From contig CAVYXA010000006.1 of assembly GCA_963772365.1 (NCBI GenBank), positions 61,054-125,053 on the forward strand: a DNA stretch of 64,000 nucleotides, given 5' to 3'. The translations under genes and the position numbers were made by a program. The notes under the pieces are model-generated. The model was not told the DNA's origin, did not search any database, and saw only the letters and a list, made by a program, of their open reading frames with translations. This document shows positions 40,294 to 51,687 of the stretch, one piece after another. Within the stretch, counting starts at the first letter, position 1. The number at the start of each line of letters is the position of its first letter. The DNA is from an uncultured Verrucomicrobiae bacterium (GTDB lineage: Bacteria; Verrucomicrobiota; Verrucomicrobiia; Chthoniobacterales; UBA10450).

Positions 40294-42030
40294 TTACATT
40301 TTCTCCGGTGCTTTAATCCCGAGAAGATCAAGTCCGCGCTGCAATACGCGCCCGGTCAGTTTACAAAGCGCCAAGCGCGAGCCGCGAGCCGGTTCCTCCG
40401 ATTTCAGAACCGGGCAGGCTTCGTAAAACGTGTGAAACGCGTTGGCCAGTTCGAACAGATAATTCGCGAGGATGTTTGGTCGAAAATCGTTCAGCACTTG
40501 TGGAACAACTTCGGCAAACTGACAGAGACGCTTCGCCAGATTTGTCTCGGCTGTTTCTGTCAGATGCAGTGGTATTGGCTTCCAGCCGATCTCTTCATCG
40601 GCAGGATGCCGATGCCACGTCTCGCCCGCTTTGCGAAAGATGGAGCGAATCCGCACATAGGCATTTTGCAAATAGGGTGCCGTGTTTCCGTGGAGGGAAA
40701 GCATCTTGTCCCACGAAAAAATGTAATCGGTCATCCGATATTGGGAGAGTTCGGCATACTTGACCGCGCCGATCCCGATTTTCTGCGCGATGTCGATCTT
40801 GTCCGCTTCGCTTAAGTCCGGATTTTTTTCTTCGACAATTTTTTGGGCGCGATTGCAGGCTTCATCCAGAACATCGCGCAGCGGCACGTTCTCGCCGGAA
40901 CGCGTTTTCATTAGTTTGCGGTCTTCGCCGAGGATGCTGCCAAACGTGATGTGCCGAAAATCCGCCGTGTAACCTTCGCGCCGTGCGATTGCGAAAATTT
41001 GTTTGAAATGCAAACTCTGCGGCGCGCCGACTACATACCAGACTGTGTCAGCTTTTAAATCGTTGATCCGATAATCGATCGTAGCCAAATCGGTAGTGGC
41101 ATAATTGAATCCGCCGTCCCGCTTTCGAATGATGCACGGCTTGTCGGCCAACTCGGATATGTCTTGGAAGAAAACAACTACCGCGCCCTCGCTGATCTCG
41201 GCAATTTCCGCCTTCAGCAGTCGATTTACAACAGCGGGCAGCCGATCATTGTAAAAACTTTCGCCATGCTGGAAGTCGTAGTGGACGTCGAGCAGCGCAT
41301 AAGTCCGCTCAAAATCTTTCATCGAAAGTTCGACGCAACGTTTCCAGATCCCGAAATTCTTCTCGTCGCCCGCCTGAAGCTTTACCAATTCCTGCCGGCA
41401 CGCCTGGCGCACTGCCGGATCGCTCGCCGATTTTTCGTTGGTCTCCTTGTAAACGCGGACCAGTTCAGCGATCGGATCGCGCTCGAGCGCTTGTCGATCC
41501 AGCAGATTTTTCCAGCCATAGATCACCATCCCAAACTGCGTGCCCCAATCGCCGATGTGATTGTCGCGAATGACTTCGTGGCCGAGAAAATTCGCAATCC
41601 GAGCCAAGGCTTCGCCGAGCACCAGACTGCGAATGTGGCCAACATGCATCGGCTTGGCCACGTTAGGCGAACCGAAATCGATGACGATTCGTTTCAAGGA
41701 CGTCGATCTTGCCACGCCCAATCGCTCGTCGATCGATAGTTCGGCCGCTTGTTTCGCGATCGCCTCGGGACGCAATGTGAAATTGATGAAACCAGCGCCA
41801 GCGACTGTTGGCGTTTCGCTGATGTTTGCGACGTCAAGATGGTCGAGAATTTTCGATGCAATCTGTCTCGGGTTTTCACCGCGTTGCTTTGCCAAAACCA
41901 TGGCGGCATTGGTTTGGTAATCGCCAAAGCGCGGGTCTGCGGCTTGCGTCAACTCGCCGGCATTTGGAAATCCCGATTTTGCCAGCGCGTCGCTTAGTCG
42001 CTTGGCCAGGCTTCTCTGAAACGTCTCCAT
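40294..42030 (-). CDS. argS: Arginine--tRNA ligase
   Basis: FGDYQTN, AGAGFINF, PNVAKPMHVGHIRS, NHIGDWGTQFG, MKTRSG, GNTAPYLQ, PEKM. Confidence 0.96.
   Translation of the reverse strand: METFQRSLAKRLSDALAKSGFPNAGELTQAADPRFGDYQTNAAMVLAKQRGENPRQIASKILDHLDVANISETPTVAGAGFINFTLRPEAIAKQAAELSIDERLGVARSTSLKRIVIDFGSPNVAKPMHVGHIRSLVLGEALARIANFLGHEVIRDNHIGDWGTQFGMVIYGWKNLLDRQALERDPIAELVRVYKETNEKSASDPAVRQACRQELVKLQAGDEKNFGIWKRCVELSMKDFERTYALLDVHYDFQHGESFYNDRLPAVVNRLLKAEIAEISEGAVVVFFQDISELADKPCIIRKRDGGFNYATTDLATIDYRINDLKADTVWYVVGAPQSLHFKQIFAIARREGYTADFRHITFGSILGEDRKLMKTRSGENVPLRDVLDEACNRAQKIVEEKNPDLSEADKIDIAQKIGIGAVKYAELSQYRMTDYIFSWDKMLSLHGNTAPYLQNAYVRIRSIFRKAGETWHRHPADEEIGWKPIPLHLTETAETNLAKRLCQFAEVVPQVLNDFRPNILANYLFELANAFHTFYEACPVLKSEEPARGSRLALCKLTGRVLQRGLDLLGIKAPEKM
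40569..40618. repeat. REP-like palindrome in frame within argS
   Basis: gtggtattggcttccagccgat-6 nt-atcggcaggatgccgatgccac (18/22 stem). Confidence 0.7.
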
Positions 42031-42046
42031 CGCTGAATTCACTGAA

Positions 42047-42110
42047 CTGTAGCGGCGGTCTATGACCGCCGATCGAGAATTCATGCGACGCTCATAGAGC
42101 GCCGCTACAG
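42047..42110. repeat. Family B REP-like palindrome
   Basis: ctgtagcggcggtctatgaccgccg...cgacgctcatagagcgccgctacag. Confidence 0.85.
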
Positions 42111-42575
42111 CTATTTCTCCGAGCCTGCGCGGAAGATCGACAAGATTTGTTCCGCGGAATCGGCCTTGGCCAGATCATCGCGGACGCTGCGATCGTTAAG
42201 GAATTTCGCAATGGAAGCGAGCGTGCGCAGATGCGTCTGAAACTGATTTTTCGGGACAATGAAAAGGACAACGAACTTTACGGGCGCGTTGTCGAGCGCA
42301 TCGAACTCGATACCGCTTGTCGATCTTCCAAACGCAGCCACCACTTCCTCGAGGCGGTCGGACGAACAATGCGGAATGGCAATACCGAATCCTATACCGG
42401 TGCTCATCGTTTCCTCGCGCTGTTTCAGGGCAGCCAGAATCGGATCGCGATCCGGAGCCTTGATCTTGCTGAGGCTCACCAGCAGATCGATCAGCTCGAC
42501 AATCGCCGGCCAACGCTCGATAGCCTTCATCTCCGGGATGATTTGGTCGGCGGAAAGTAAGTTGGCCAGGGCCAT
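42111..42575 (-). CDS. PTS IIA (fructose/nitrogen-regulatory type) protein
   Basis: REETMSTGIGFGIAIPH, FGRS..GIEFDALD..PV. Confidence 0.88.
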   Translation of the reverse strand: MALANLLSADQIIPEMKAIERWPAIVELIDLLVSLSKIKAPDRDPILAALKQREETMSTGIGFGIAIPHCSSDRLEEVVAAFGRSTSGIEFDALDNAPVKFVVLFIVPKNQFQTHLRTLASIAKFLNDRSVRDDLAKADSAEQILSIFRAGSEK

Positions 42576-42666
42576 GAGAATCCCTTCGGTGCGGGAGGGG
42601 AAGCTTAGCGGGAGCGCCTGGGTTGACAAGCGTGTTTTGAACTGCGGGCAAGAAGCCAGAGCGCTA

Positions 42667-43391
42667 TCATTTGTCTGACGGGTTGCAAACTTTGTAATCT
42701 AATCGACGCGAGAGCAGCCAGCGGACGCCAAACATGTCGATGGTGGCGCGCAGCGCGCGGCTGCCCAGTCCATATTTGCTTTGCCCGAACCGACGTGGGC
42801 GATGATTGACTGGCACTTCCACCAGCCGATAACCAGCGCCTTTCACTAATGCGGGAATGAAGCGGTGCATTCCCTTGAACGGAACGAGCGCGCCGATGCA
42901 TTCGCGACGCATTGCTTTCAACGTGCAACCGGTATCGCGCACGCCATCTTTGGCGAAACGGCTGCGCACGGCGTTCGCGATGCGACTCGTTAGACGCTTC
43001 GCGACTGTGTCTTTGCGGCGGACGCGATAACCGCAAACCAGATCAGCGCCGCGCTGAATCTCCGCGATGAGCTTTGGAATGTCTGCCGGATCATTTTGCA
43101 AGTCGCCGTCGATTAGGACCGCGGTCGCGCCGCGGGCGGTCTGTAGTCCGGCGTATAAGGCAGCGCTTTGTCCGGTGTTCTTTTCAAAGCGAATCAGCCG
43201 AATGTCGGCGCGGGCTCGATTCGCTCGACCGTGTGATCACTCGAACCATCATCAACAAAAATGATTTCGTGATCGACATCTTTGAGGGCCGCCCGTAATT
43301 CGGTTTGCAGGATCGAGACGTTCTCTTCCTCGTTGAAAACGGGCACGATTACGGAGATTGCCGGGGAATTTCTGGATTGGGTCGTAGTCAT
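42667..43391 (-). CDS. GT2 polyprenol-phosphate glycosyltransferase (ArnC/DPM1-like), frameshift near 43210
   Basis: SVIVPVFNEEEN, VDDGSSD, DLQNDPADIP, DTGCTLK, HRFIPAL. Confidence 0.85.
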
Positions 43392-43410
43392 CTCAAAAGA
43401 GCCCACGCGT

Positions 43411-43485
43411 TGTAGAGTCCGCTGTCCTCAGCGGAAACCGCATCGGGTCTCCACAGTACGATGCGCTGAGGACAGCGCACGCTAC
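43411..43485. repeat. Family C REP-like palindrome
   Basis: tgtagagtccgctgtcctcagcg...cgctgaggacagcgcacgctac; other copies at 62124-62198 and a half at 60522-60547. Confidence 0.85.
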
Positions 43486-43521
43486 GGCCAAGGAGATCGT
43501 TGATCGATTCAAGATGATGTC

Positions 43522-45142
43522 TCACAATGGCAGTGTCCGATAGCTTCGGCAGAGAAAGACTTTCCACGTGCGCATCGGTTCTCCGTAGCGGCGCACTTCA
43601 ATCGTGCCCGCCAGTTCCGTCGATTGAAAAGCGGCCCGAATATTGTGCGGCGGATGTTCGTTATCGCCCTGACGGATAAACAACGCGCTTCGTCCAACGA
43701 AAAGGTTCACGCCGTTCTCTTCGGTATAAACTTCGCGTTCCGGCAACAGCGTCCCGGGTTTTATTTCGACGAATTCATCATAGCGCGGCCAAAACGAAAA
43801 TTGATTCACCAGGTCTTGCGTTTCCGGGATGTAAACCGGCGGGTGCCCCGGTTGGGCCGGACGTTTGTCGCGAAGATAAAATGAAATTTCCGAGGCCCGA
43901 TCGCGGGCATCGGCGATGAGAAACAATTTCTCGCCCAGCTTTGTCTCCAAATCCTGCCGCATCTGTTCGATGGCGCGCGTGGCGGATTTCCAACCGCGCA
44001 TCCGATCGCTCGGATCGCGACGCCAGGGCTGGATGCCCGCGCTACGCAACAGATCCGTATCGAGCGCCAAGGATACTCATGAGCAGCCCCAGCAATAAAG
44101 CTATGCCGCCGCAAATCCGCCATACCAGATGCGTTTCCAGCCGTTCTCGCCAGAAATAAATCGCCAGCAATCCGAATCCGAACATCGCGAGCGCGTCCCA
44201 ATTCGGCGCCGCTGCCTGGTTTAAGGAAAGGACGAAATAGAAAAAGAACACTGGCAAACCGAACCAAAAAAGGAAAAGCACTTTGAATTGCTGATTGATC
44301 CGGCGCCAGCTTGCGATCACACCCCAGGCGAGAGCGAGACAAAGGAGTGGCGAGTAGGCCAGAAAATGTTCGCCCAAAAATTTCAGCAGCTCGACGGGGT
44401 GAATACCGAAACCCGTTTCGATTCCACCACGCGAACGCAGATGAGCAAGAGTGATCCAGGCGTGTTGCGCGTTCCAGACAATCGGCGGCACGGTGCAAAG
44501 AGCGAAGATACCGACCAAAAGATAAAATCCAGGCCGGATAAATTCCTGCCGAAGGCGGGGTGCCAGCACAAGCACCAGGATCACCGAAACCAATTCTAAT
44601 GCGTTGGTGTACTTGCATAGAAATCCCAGCCCGATCAACAAACCGGTGATCGGCCAGAACCAGGAAAAGCGCGGGCTTTGTTCGAGCGCGAGCCAGAACG
44701 TGAACATCGCCGCGAGCCAGAAAAAGATCGACAATGGGTCGATCGTGATAAGGAAAGAACCGATGTTGAAAATCGGAGTTACATTGAGTGCGATTACGGC
44801 CCACATTCCTGCGGTGCTGGTGAACAAACGCCGGGCAAAATAAAATAAAATCAAACTCGTTCCCGCCGCGAGGATCGGACTGAAAAAACGGACACCGAAT
44901 TCATTCGAGCCGAAGATTGCCGTGCTGGCGCGAATGGCGAAAGCGACGCCAGGTCCTTTGCTGAAATAAGCCGGTGCCAGCCGCTGCGACCACATCCAGT
45001 AATGAGCCTCGTCAAATTCCAGGTCGCTGGTCCAGAGCATCGACAATCGAATCACGGTCAATGCTAGAATGAAGAGCCAGACGGCCCGCGTGGTATCGAT
45101 CCTCATCTCGCGCTTTGTGTCCTCCTCTAGGTTTTTAGCCAT
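43522..45142 (-). CDS. GT39/ArnT-like membrane glycosyltransferase, frameshift near 44080
   Basis: FDEAHYWMWS, YFSKGPG, TIDPL, GFLCKYT; continues in 43522-44070. Confidence 0.82.
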
Positions 45143-45158
45143 CTTGCATGCTTCAGCC

Positions 45159-45253
45159 TGTCATGTTGAGCGAAGCGAAACATCTCCGACTATTGCTCTT
45201 GGCCACCCGTAGTTTCAAATGATTGGAGATTCTTCGCTGCGCTCAGAATGACA
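45159..45253. repeat. Family A palindrome
   Basis: tgtcatgttgagcgaagcgaaacatctcc...ggagattcttcgctgcgctcagaatgaca. Confidence 0.85.
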
Positions 45254-45328
45254 AAGGCTGGATGTAACGCTTAACTCATACTACCATTGCGGCAGCGGCC
45301 GGAGGTGAGGGGATCGTCTCGGAGTCGA

Positions 45329-45976
45329 TCATCTCAAATCGCGTATCAAGCTGGGATGACGCGCAAAGAATTGGGGCATGAGCTTTTTTGCAGTGATCCG
45401 CCAGATGAGTTCGAGAAACGCGAGAATAATCAGGGTTTCGCCCGTAGCTAGAAAGAAGGTGGCGGTCACATCGCTCGGCCAATGTGCTCCCAGATAAATC
45501 CGCGAATAACCTATCGCCGCGGCAACAAGCCAATAAAGCGAGCCGCGTCTGCGATAAAAAAGTGTCAGACAGATAGCGGCCACGGTGTTGTTGGCGACAT
45601 GACCGGAGGGAAACGATGGACCGGAGCGATTGCGATCGGTCATATCGGAGAACCGAACCGTCGGTTTTTTAAACAGCGTTAGAAATTTCGGAGTCGCCCT
45701 TTGCAATTCAACCAGCCGAACGCTTTCCACCTGTTTGGGACGATGTCGATCGATGGCAGATTTCAATCTACTGGTAACCTGAGTAACAATGAGCAACGTC
45801 AAAAGGATGCAAAAGGCGCAGGCCCTGGATTTGAAGCCGCCAAAGAGCACTGCGCCCAGCGCGAGAATGATAAGCAACGGCTGCCAGAGCGTGCTGTCGC
45901 TCAGCGCGGCCATGAACAAGTCGAGGGCGGGATTCGTCCATTTCTGGTTAATGAGATAAAACAGATTTTGGTCCAC
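45329..45976 (-). CDS. PAP2 family phosphatase
   Basis: KSAIDRHRP, SFPSGH, SRIYLGAHWPSDV. Confidence 0.9.
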   Translation of the reverse strand: MDQNLFYLINQKWTNPALDLFMAALSDSTLWQPLLIILALGAVLFGGFKSRACAFCILLTLLIVTQVTSRLKSAIDRHRPKQVESVRLVELQRATPKFLTLFKKPTVRFSDMTDRNRSGPSFPSGHVANNTVAAICLTLFYRRRGSLYWLVAAAIGYSRIYLGAHWPSDVTATFFLATGETLIILAFLELIWRITAKKLMPQFFARHPSLIRDLR

Positions 45977-46029
45977 GTTAGCCGTTGACGATAAATGATT
46001 GGTTACATCGACAAAACGTTAAACAAACA

Positions 46030-46111
46030 GTCATCCCGGGCGAAGTCGAGGGATGCCGATGCCTCACCTTTAGCTTGCATCACGGGATTCCTCGACTGCG
46101 CTCGGAATGAC
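46030..46111. repeat. Family A palindrome
   Basis: gtcatcccgggcgaagtcgagggat...ggattcctcgactgcgctcggaatgac. Confidence 0.85.
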
Positions 46112-46140
46112 GGGGCGTTAATGCTCCATCTAATCCGCAT

Positions 46141-46815
46141 ATGACAGTCATGCGTTTTTTCCTAATGCTTGCCCTTTTTGCTGCGACCGCAATCCATGCC
46201 CACGGTGCTGCTTCCGCGCAGGAAATTCTCTCGATGGTCAGAATGCAGGAATCGCAACAGCGAATGGACTTGGAAGGGCAACTTCGACAGGAAGAAAAGG
46301 TGATCCCGTTTCGCCTTACTCAAACCGGGCCACTCATTCGCTATTCGTTCACGAACCCTGACGAAGTTGTACAACTGAGGCTCGGCGAAAAAGGCGCGCG
46401 CCTCGACGAGATCTTCGATACCCGGACAGAAAAATTCGCGGATTCGAAGCTGGACAAGAAGATACGTGGCACCGATGTGACCTACGGAGACTTGGCCCTG
46501 AAATTTCTTTACTGGCCCGATGGCGTTTTGCTGGGCGAAGAAACGCTCCGCGGGCGGAGATGCTGGAAGCTACGATTGAGCGCACCTTCTCGCGATTCGC
46601 AATACTCGAACGTTTTACTCTGGGTTGATGAAGGAAGTGGTGCCCTGATGCGACTCGAAGGTTATGATCCGAAAGGGCGGCTGGTGAAACGATTCGAAGT
46701 TGTGTCCGGACAAAAAATCGATGGCCGCTGGTTTCTGAAACAGATGCGCATCGAAGCGTTGAAGCCCGGGACGAACGACGTGCAGAGCCGCACGTATCTG
46801 GAGATCAAGAAGTAA
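46141..46815 (+). CDS. Outer-membrane lipoprotein-sorting (LolA-like) protein
   Basis: Signal peptide; GTDVTYGDL, YSNVLLWVD, GYDPKGRLVKRF. Confidence 0.7.
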   Translation: MTVMRFFLMLALFAATAIHAHGAASAQEILSMVRMQESQQRMDLEGQLRQEEKVIPFRLTQTGPLIRYSFTNPDEVVQLRLGEKGARLDEIFDTRTEKFADSKLDKKIRGTDVTYGDLALKFLYWPDGVLLGEETLRGRRCWKLRLSAPSRDSQYSNVLLWVDEGSGALMRLEGYDPKGRLVKRFEVVSGQKIDGRWFLKQMRIEALKPGTNDVQSRTYLEIKK

Positions 46816-47740
46816 GCGCTTTGCGCATTGCTTCGAGCGGCGCTTCTCTTCCGAACCAAATTTCGAAGGAGAGCGCGCCCTGATGTAATAACATCGACAA
46901 GCCATTTGCTCCGCGCGCGCCGGCCTCGATGGCAGCCGAAACAAGTGGCATTTGTTCGCTCGTGTAAATCGTGTCGTAAATCATCAGATGCGGCGCCAGC
47001 AGACGGGCCGGAATTGGCGATGGATCGGAGCGATTCAGTCCAACCGGCGTTGCGTTAACGATCAGATCGACATTGGCAATTTGAAATCGAAACGCGCTTT
47101 CTTCCCACGGGATTGCCTGAAGCCGCGCCACCGGGCCTAAGACTCGCGGTGCGGCAAAGAAATCATGCAATTCGTCCGTCAGCTTTTTCGCTTTTTCGAA
47201 AGTGCGGTTGGCAACGACGAGGCGTTCGCAATCTTCCCTGGCACATTGCATGGCAATGGCGCGCGCCGCTCCGCCTGCACCAAGCACCATCACGCGAAGA
47301 TCGCGAAGATCGACAAAGAATTCGTCCCGAATTGCGCGGGAAAAACCGCGATCGTCCGTGTTGAATCCGTGAAGCTTGCCGTTGTCGATCTTCACGGAAT
47401 TCACGGCTCCGATTTTTTTAGCGTTTTCATCCAAGTGATCCATAGAACCGAGGGCCGCGACCTTGTGGGGAACAGTCAAATTGATGCCCAGAAAATCGAG
47501 TCCGCGCAGAAATAGCAACGCCGATCTCAATTCGTTCGGCCGAATGTGAAAGCGCGCATATTGCATCTCGATCGCGCATGCTTGCAGAGCGGCGTTTTGC
47601 ATTTGCGGCGAGAGAGAATGAGCCACAGGATCTCCGAACACGCCGAGGCGAATCGGAGGATCGACATCTTTCGTAACTTTTTTCCAGTGTTCGAGATCGG
47701 CCAGAGTGTAGCGATCGGTGGTTTGCTTTGATTCTTTCAC
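46805..47740 (-). CDS. aroE: Shikimate dehydrogenase
   Basis: GDPVAHSLSPQMQN, NLTVPHK, GAVN, LGAGGAARA, NATPVG, GLSMLLHQG; GTG start overlapping the nagA stop. Confidence 0.92.
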   Translation of the reverse strand: MKESKQTTDRYTLADLEHWKKVTKDVDPPIRLGVFGDPVAHSLSPQMQNAALQACAIEMQYARFHIRPNELRSALLFLRGLDFLGINLTVPHKVAALGSMDHLDENAKKIGAVNSVKIDNGKLHGFNTDDRGFSRAIRDEFFVDLRDLRVMVLGAGGAARAIAMQCAREDCERLVVANRTFEKAKKLTDELHDFFAAPRVLGPVARLQAIPWEESAFRFQIANVDLIVNATPVGLNRSDPSPIPARLLAPHLMIYDTIYTSEQMPLVSAAIEAGARGANGLSMLLHQGALSFEIWFGREAPLEAMRKALTS

Positions 47741-48900
47741 AGCACGCCTGGTCTCAAATCGAAATTTGCTTTTCCGGCTAGGAACGTGCGTATGACCTCC
47801 AATTCCGGTGACAACACAACCAAATCCGCGTCTGCCCCGACGGCGATCCGCCCCTTGGTTTTCAACCCGATCGCATTCGCAGGATTCAGGCTCGCCATTG
47901 CGACGGCTTCGTGCAGTGGAACATCGACATCGTGAACCATTGTTCGAATCAGATCGATCATGCGCGAAGCGCTGCCGGCCAAAGCTGATCGATCGGCCAG
48001 CAAACAAACGCCATTTTCCACTATGCAGTCGATTCCATAAAGGGAGAAGGGCGATCCATCTGGCAAGCCGGCGCCTGCGGTCGCATCTGTCACGAGTGAA
48101 ATTCCCGAAGCACCCTTCGCCCGGTAAAGCATCTTCATCAGCGTGGCTGAAACGTGGTGACCGTCCGCGATCAGTTCGCAATTTATCTGGGGCTCACCCA
48201 GAGCGAATTCGAGCAAACCGGCGACACGATAAATGCCGCGGCGACGCGCGCTCGACATGCAATTGAAGGTGTGGGTGACGCTGCGCATGCCACGATCGAA
48301 CGCCGCGCGTGCTTCTTCGTCCCACGCGTCGCTGTGGCCGCCGCTGACGCTGATGCCATTTGCGTGAAACCGTTGGATCGCGCCTAGGGCTCCCGGCAAT
48401 TCCGGCGCGAGTGTGATCCGTCTGACCACGTCGCTGCATTCGAGCAATCGGGCAACAGCGTCAGCCGTTGGATTCTGGATGAATTCTTCTCGTTGAGCGC
48501 CGCGTTTTATTCTTGAGACGAACGGACCTTCAACGTGAACGCCTGCAAACTGATTGTTGCTGCCGCACGATTTACGCAGAGTTTTGAGAACACCGATAAT
48601 TGCATCGAGCGGCGCGCTCGCGGTCGTAAGCAGAAGCGAGGTCGTGCCGCCGCTGGCGTGATAATCACAGATGGCCTGAAACGATTCGATCGATCCTTCC
48701 ATCGTGTCACGCCCCATACCCCCGTGGACGTGAAGATCGACAAAGCCCGGCGCGAGATAATTCCCTGCAAGATCGACAATTTCTTCATCCTTTGCGCCGG
48801 TTCTTTCGCCAACTGCCGTGATTTTTCCTTCCCTAACGGCAAGCTCGAGCCCGTCCCGAATTCCATCAGGAAAGATCAATCGCGCATTGGTGAAGATCAT
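47737..48900 (-). CDS. nagA: N-acetylglucosamine-6-phosphate deacetylase
   Basis: PGFVDLHVHG, HVEGPF, TLAPE, GHSDA, THTFNCM, IADGHH, LAGS. Confidence 0.92.
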   Translation of the reverse strand: MIFTNARLIFPDGIRDGLELAVREGKITAVGERTGAKDEEIVDLAGNYLAPGFVDLHVHGGMGRDTMEGSIESFQAICDYHASGGTTSLLLTTASAPLDAIIGVLKTLRKSCGSNNQFAGVHVEGPFVSRIKRGAQREEFIQNPTADAVARLLECSDVVRRITLAPELPGALGAIQRFHANGISVSGGHSDAWDEEARAAFDRGMRSVTHTFNCMSSARRRGIYRVAGLLEFALGEPQINCELIADGHHVSATLMKMLYRAKGASGISLVTDATAGAGLPDGSPFSLYGIDCIVENGVCLLADRSALAGSASRMIDLIRTMVHDVDVPLHEAVAMASLNPANAIGLKTKGRIAVGADADLVVLSPELEVIRTFLAGKANFDLRPGVL

Positions 48901-48920
48901 CGGCAGCCTGAAAAAGACTA

Positions 48921-49014
48921 TGTCATTCTGAGCGAAGCGAAGGATCTCTCGCTATTTCTCCTACGCTCGTTGTAAAGAAATGATTAGAGATGTTTCGCTT
49001 CGCTCAACATGACA
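48921..49014. repeat. Family A palindrome
   Basis: tgtcattctgagcgaagcgaaggatctct...agagatgtttcgcttcgctcaacatgaca. Confidence 0.85.
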
Positions 49015-49032
49015 AGAGTCTGGAAGAACAGA

Positions 49033-50177
49033 TCAAAACCGCGTGGCCACGATGAGATGGCTTTGTTTATAATTCCAACGGTAGCCGTAGTTGAAGAGAG
49101 CGGCGGTGGATTACTGGCTTGGAAAAGTTCTTTCAAGTTTCGGCTGGTAGTATTGTTTAAAGATGTCGATCGGCCCAACGTAATTGCCAAAAACTCGAAT
49201 GCTCCATTTGTCGCGATTGAAGTCGCTTAGTGGAATTCCGGCATCATCCTGCACGATCATCCTGCTGTGATTGAGAACGAAATCGCGGACCCGGGAAAAA
49301 TCGCTGCCAAACATCAGATACGAGGAGGATTTCAGCAGACTCGCGCCCATCCGTGTTGGTCGCAGAATTTCATAAAGCCGGGATTCGACGCGATGCCGCC
49401 ATCGGAGATATCGGTCGTAAAATAGAATAGAGCGTTTGGTGTTGCCTGGAGCGACTGTCGGTATAGTTGATGCGGACACCGGGCGTTCCGCCGCGGCCCG
49501 GCGGGGCTTCGCGAAACGCGCCGCTCGTATCGAGCGAGCCGAAGTTCACTTCCTCGATGTTCTTGCCGGCCCGGGCGAGGAAGACATAAATGATCGGCAG
49601 CGTTCCATTGAGCTGTTGTTGCTTCGAAATCGATCTTCATCTCTTTGGTGATAAAAAAGCTGTAGCGAAGCGAGGAATTCATCGCGTTCTCCAGATTGTA
49701 GAAGGCTCCTCGCAGGTCCTGGATTCGCAACGGATCGGGCGGCGGCCCCATCGATTCCTTGCCGCAAAGGATGTAAACCGAGGCTTTGGGAAAGAATTGA
49801 TCGACATAAAGAAAATCGGGCCCGCTAAACATGTAGTACGCCACAGGGATCGGCTGGAGCGACTCTGGCAAATAAGTCCGCCTGCCAGATATGCAATTTA
49901 TTGAGTTGCCGGGTGTTCAGCTTGGCAAACGCTTTCTCAAAAAAGGCCGAGTGCTCCTGCCAGGCCGGATCATCCATTAGTGGCGCAAGCGGCGAGTCTT
50001 TCCGAACCGGTATTCCGGCTAGAAATCGTGCCGTATCGTTAGGCGGCGGAGGCGGGGCTGTTGAACGGGGCGCGGGCGGAGCTGCGTGGCGGCTGATTAC
50101 TGGTGTTGCGGGCTCGGCCGAGCTGGCCAGGATCGACAGGGCGAGCCGCAAATAAGAAGGCAAAGAAAAGTTTTCAT
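49033..50177 (-). CDS. Secreted hypothetical protein (YMFSGPDFLY family), multiply frameshifted
   Basis: Pieces join as MKTFLCLL..., NDTARFLAG, YYMFSGPDFLY, SFFITKEM, SLLKSSSYLM, IVQDDAGIP, HLIVATRF*. Confidence 0.6.
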
Positions 50178-51471
50178 GGACCCCTTTTTCGATGCCGCGT
50201 CCCGGCAAAACAGTAAAGTAGCAACTCCGCGACCATCGTGCCTATGCCCGGACAATGATTCAATTGGGTTAGACTGCAAGAGATAGATCATCATCCAAAT
50301 AGTGATGCCGGCAAAAATTAGCGGTGGCAATGGATAGGCCCAAACCCGGTAAGGGCGCGGGAGATCGGGATGTGTCCAACGCAAAACGATGACGCCGAGC
50401 ACCGTCAGGAGCGCGCAGAGCAACAGATTGTATTGAATATAAATTACGATGGCCTGAAAGTTTTTGAGAAAAAAAAATTCACCAAGCCAGCTGAAGCAGG
50501 GCGGCATTAGTCGGCACTCCGTGGAGATTTTTGCGGGCCAGCAAACGCAGACCGGAATGGTCTTCGCCCATCGACATGGTAACGCGCGGGCCGAGCCATG
50601 TCATCGAGCTGATCGCCGAGACCAGACCAAGACAAATGATCCCGCCAACTACGCGTCCGCCGTTCTCGCCGAAAATGTGTTTGCCCGCAATGAGAGCCAC
50701 TTCGAGCTGGCCGCTCATTTCGTTCCGCGGCGCGGCCAGGAGAAAAGTCGGCGTTCAATGCCGTATAGATTGCAACGACCACGAGCGTGCCGAAAAACAG
50801 CGAGCGCGGCACATTTTTCTCCGGCTGCCGGATTTCGCCTGTGATATAGCTGGAAGCATTCCAACCGGAGTAGGAATACATGACGTAAACCAGCGCGACG
50901 GCGAATGGGCCGGCGAAGATCGACACTGCATCGCCCGCTTGCGGCAAAAACGTAATCGGCTGTTTCGGTTCCACGACGAAATCCGGCAACAATGAGCGCC
51001 ACGATCAAAAGCAATTTCACGATCGTCCAGAGATTTTGAAACTGCGCTGCCTGCGCGCAGATTCGAAAAATGAAACAGGGCCACGATCCAGACGACAGCG
51101 ATGGAAAACAGCATCGGCGAGCCGGCGTTGAAAACGCCCTGAAAATATTTGCCGAAAGCAATGGCAGCGAGCGCGATCGGCGCAGCCAAAACCAACGGTC
51201 GCGGAGATGATTCCTGCCATGAACCCAAGAGCCGGATGATAAATGCGGGAGAGAAAATGATATTCGCCGCCGGAGCGTGGAAGCGCGGCGCTCAGCTCGC
51301 CATAGCACAGTGCGCCACATAATGCCGCGATGCCGCCCACGATCCAAAGCATCAGCAGCGCAAACCCGAGCGGATATCGGCCAGTTGAAACCCGAGGCTC
51401 GTGAAAACGCCGGTGCCGATGATGTTGGCAATAACAATACCGCAGGCGGTGAGAAACCGATGTGCGGCCAC
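50174..51471 (-). CDS. APC family amino acid permease, multiply frameshifted
   Basis: [52 protein letters not shown]. Confidence 0.75.
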
Positions 51472-51687
51472 GGCTCGACACGGATGAAACACGGATCCGG
51501 AGGGGTCACAGTTTGGATCGACAATGGCGAAATTCGTGAGAATCTCGTTTGGCGATCTGGGTTAAAACTTAATGGTCTAACTGATGCAGCGATCTGACGA
51601 GACTTCGACTCACCAAGATTTCCCGTTGTCACAGACCGCCTTCGGCATCAGTCTGGACGTTGCCATGAACTCACATCGAATTTCTCG

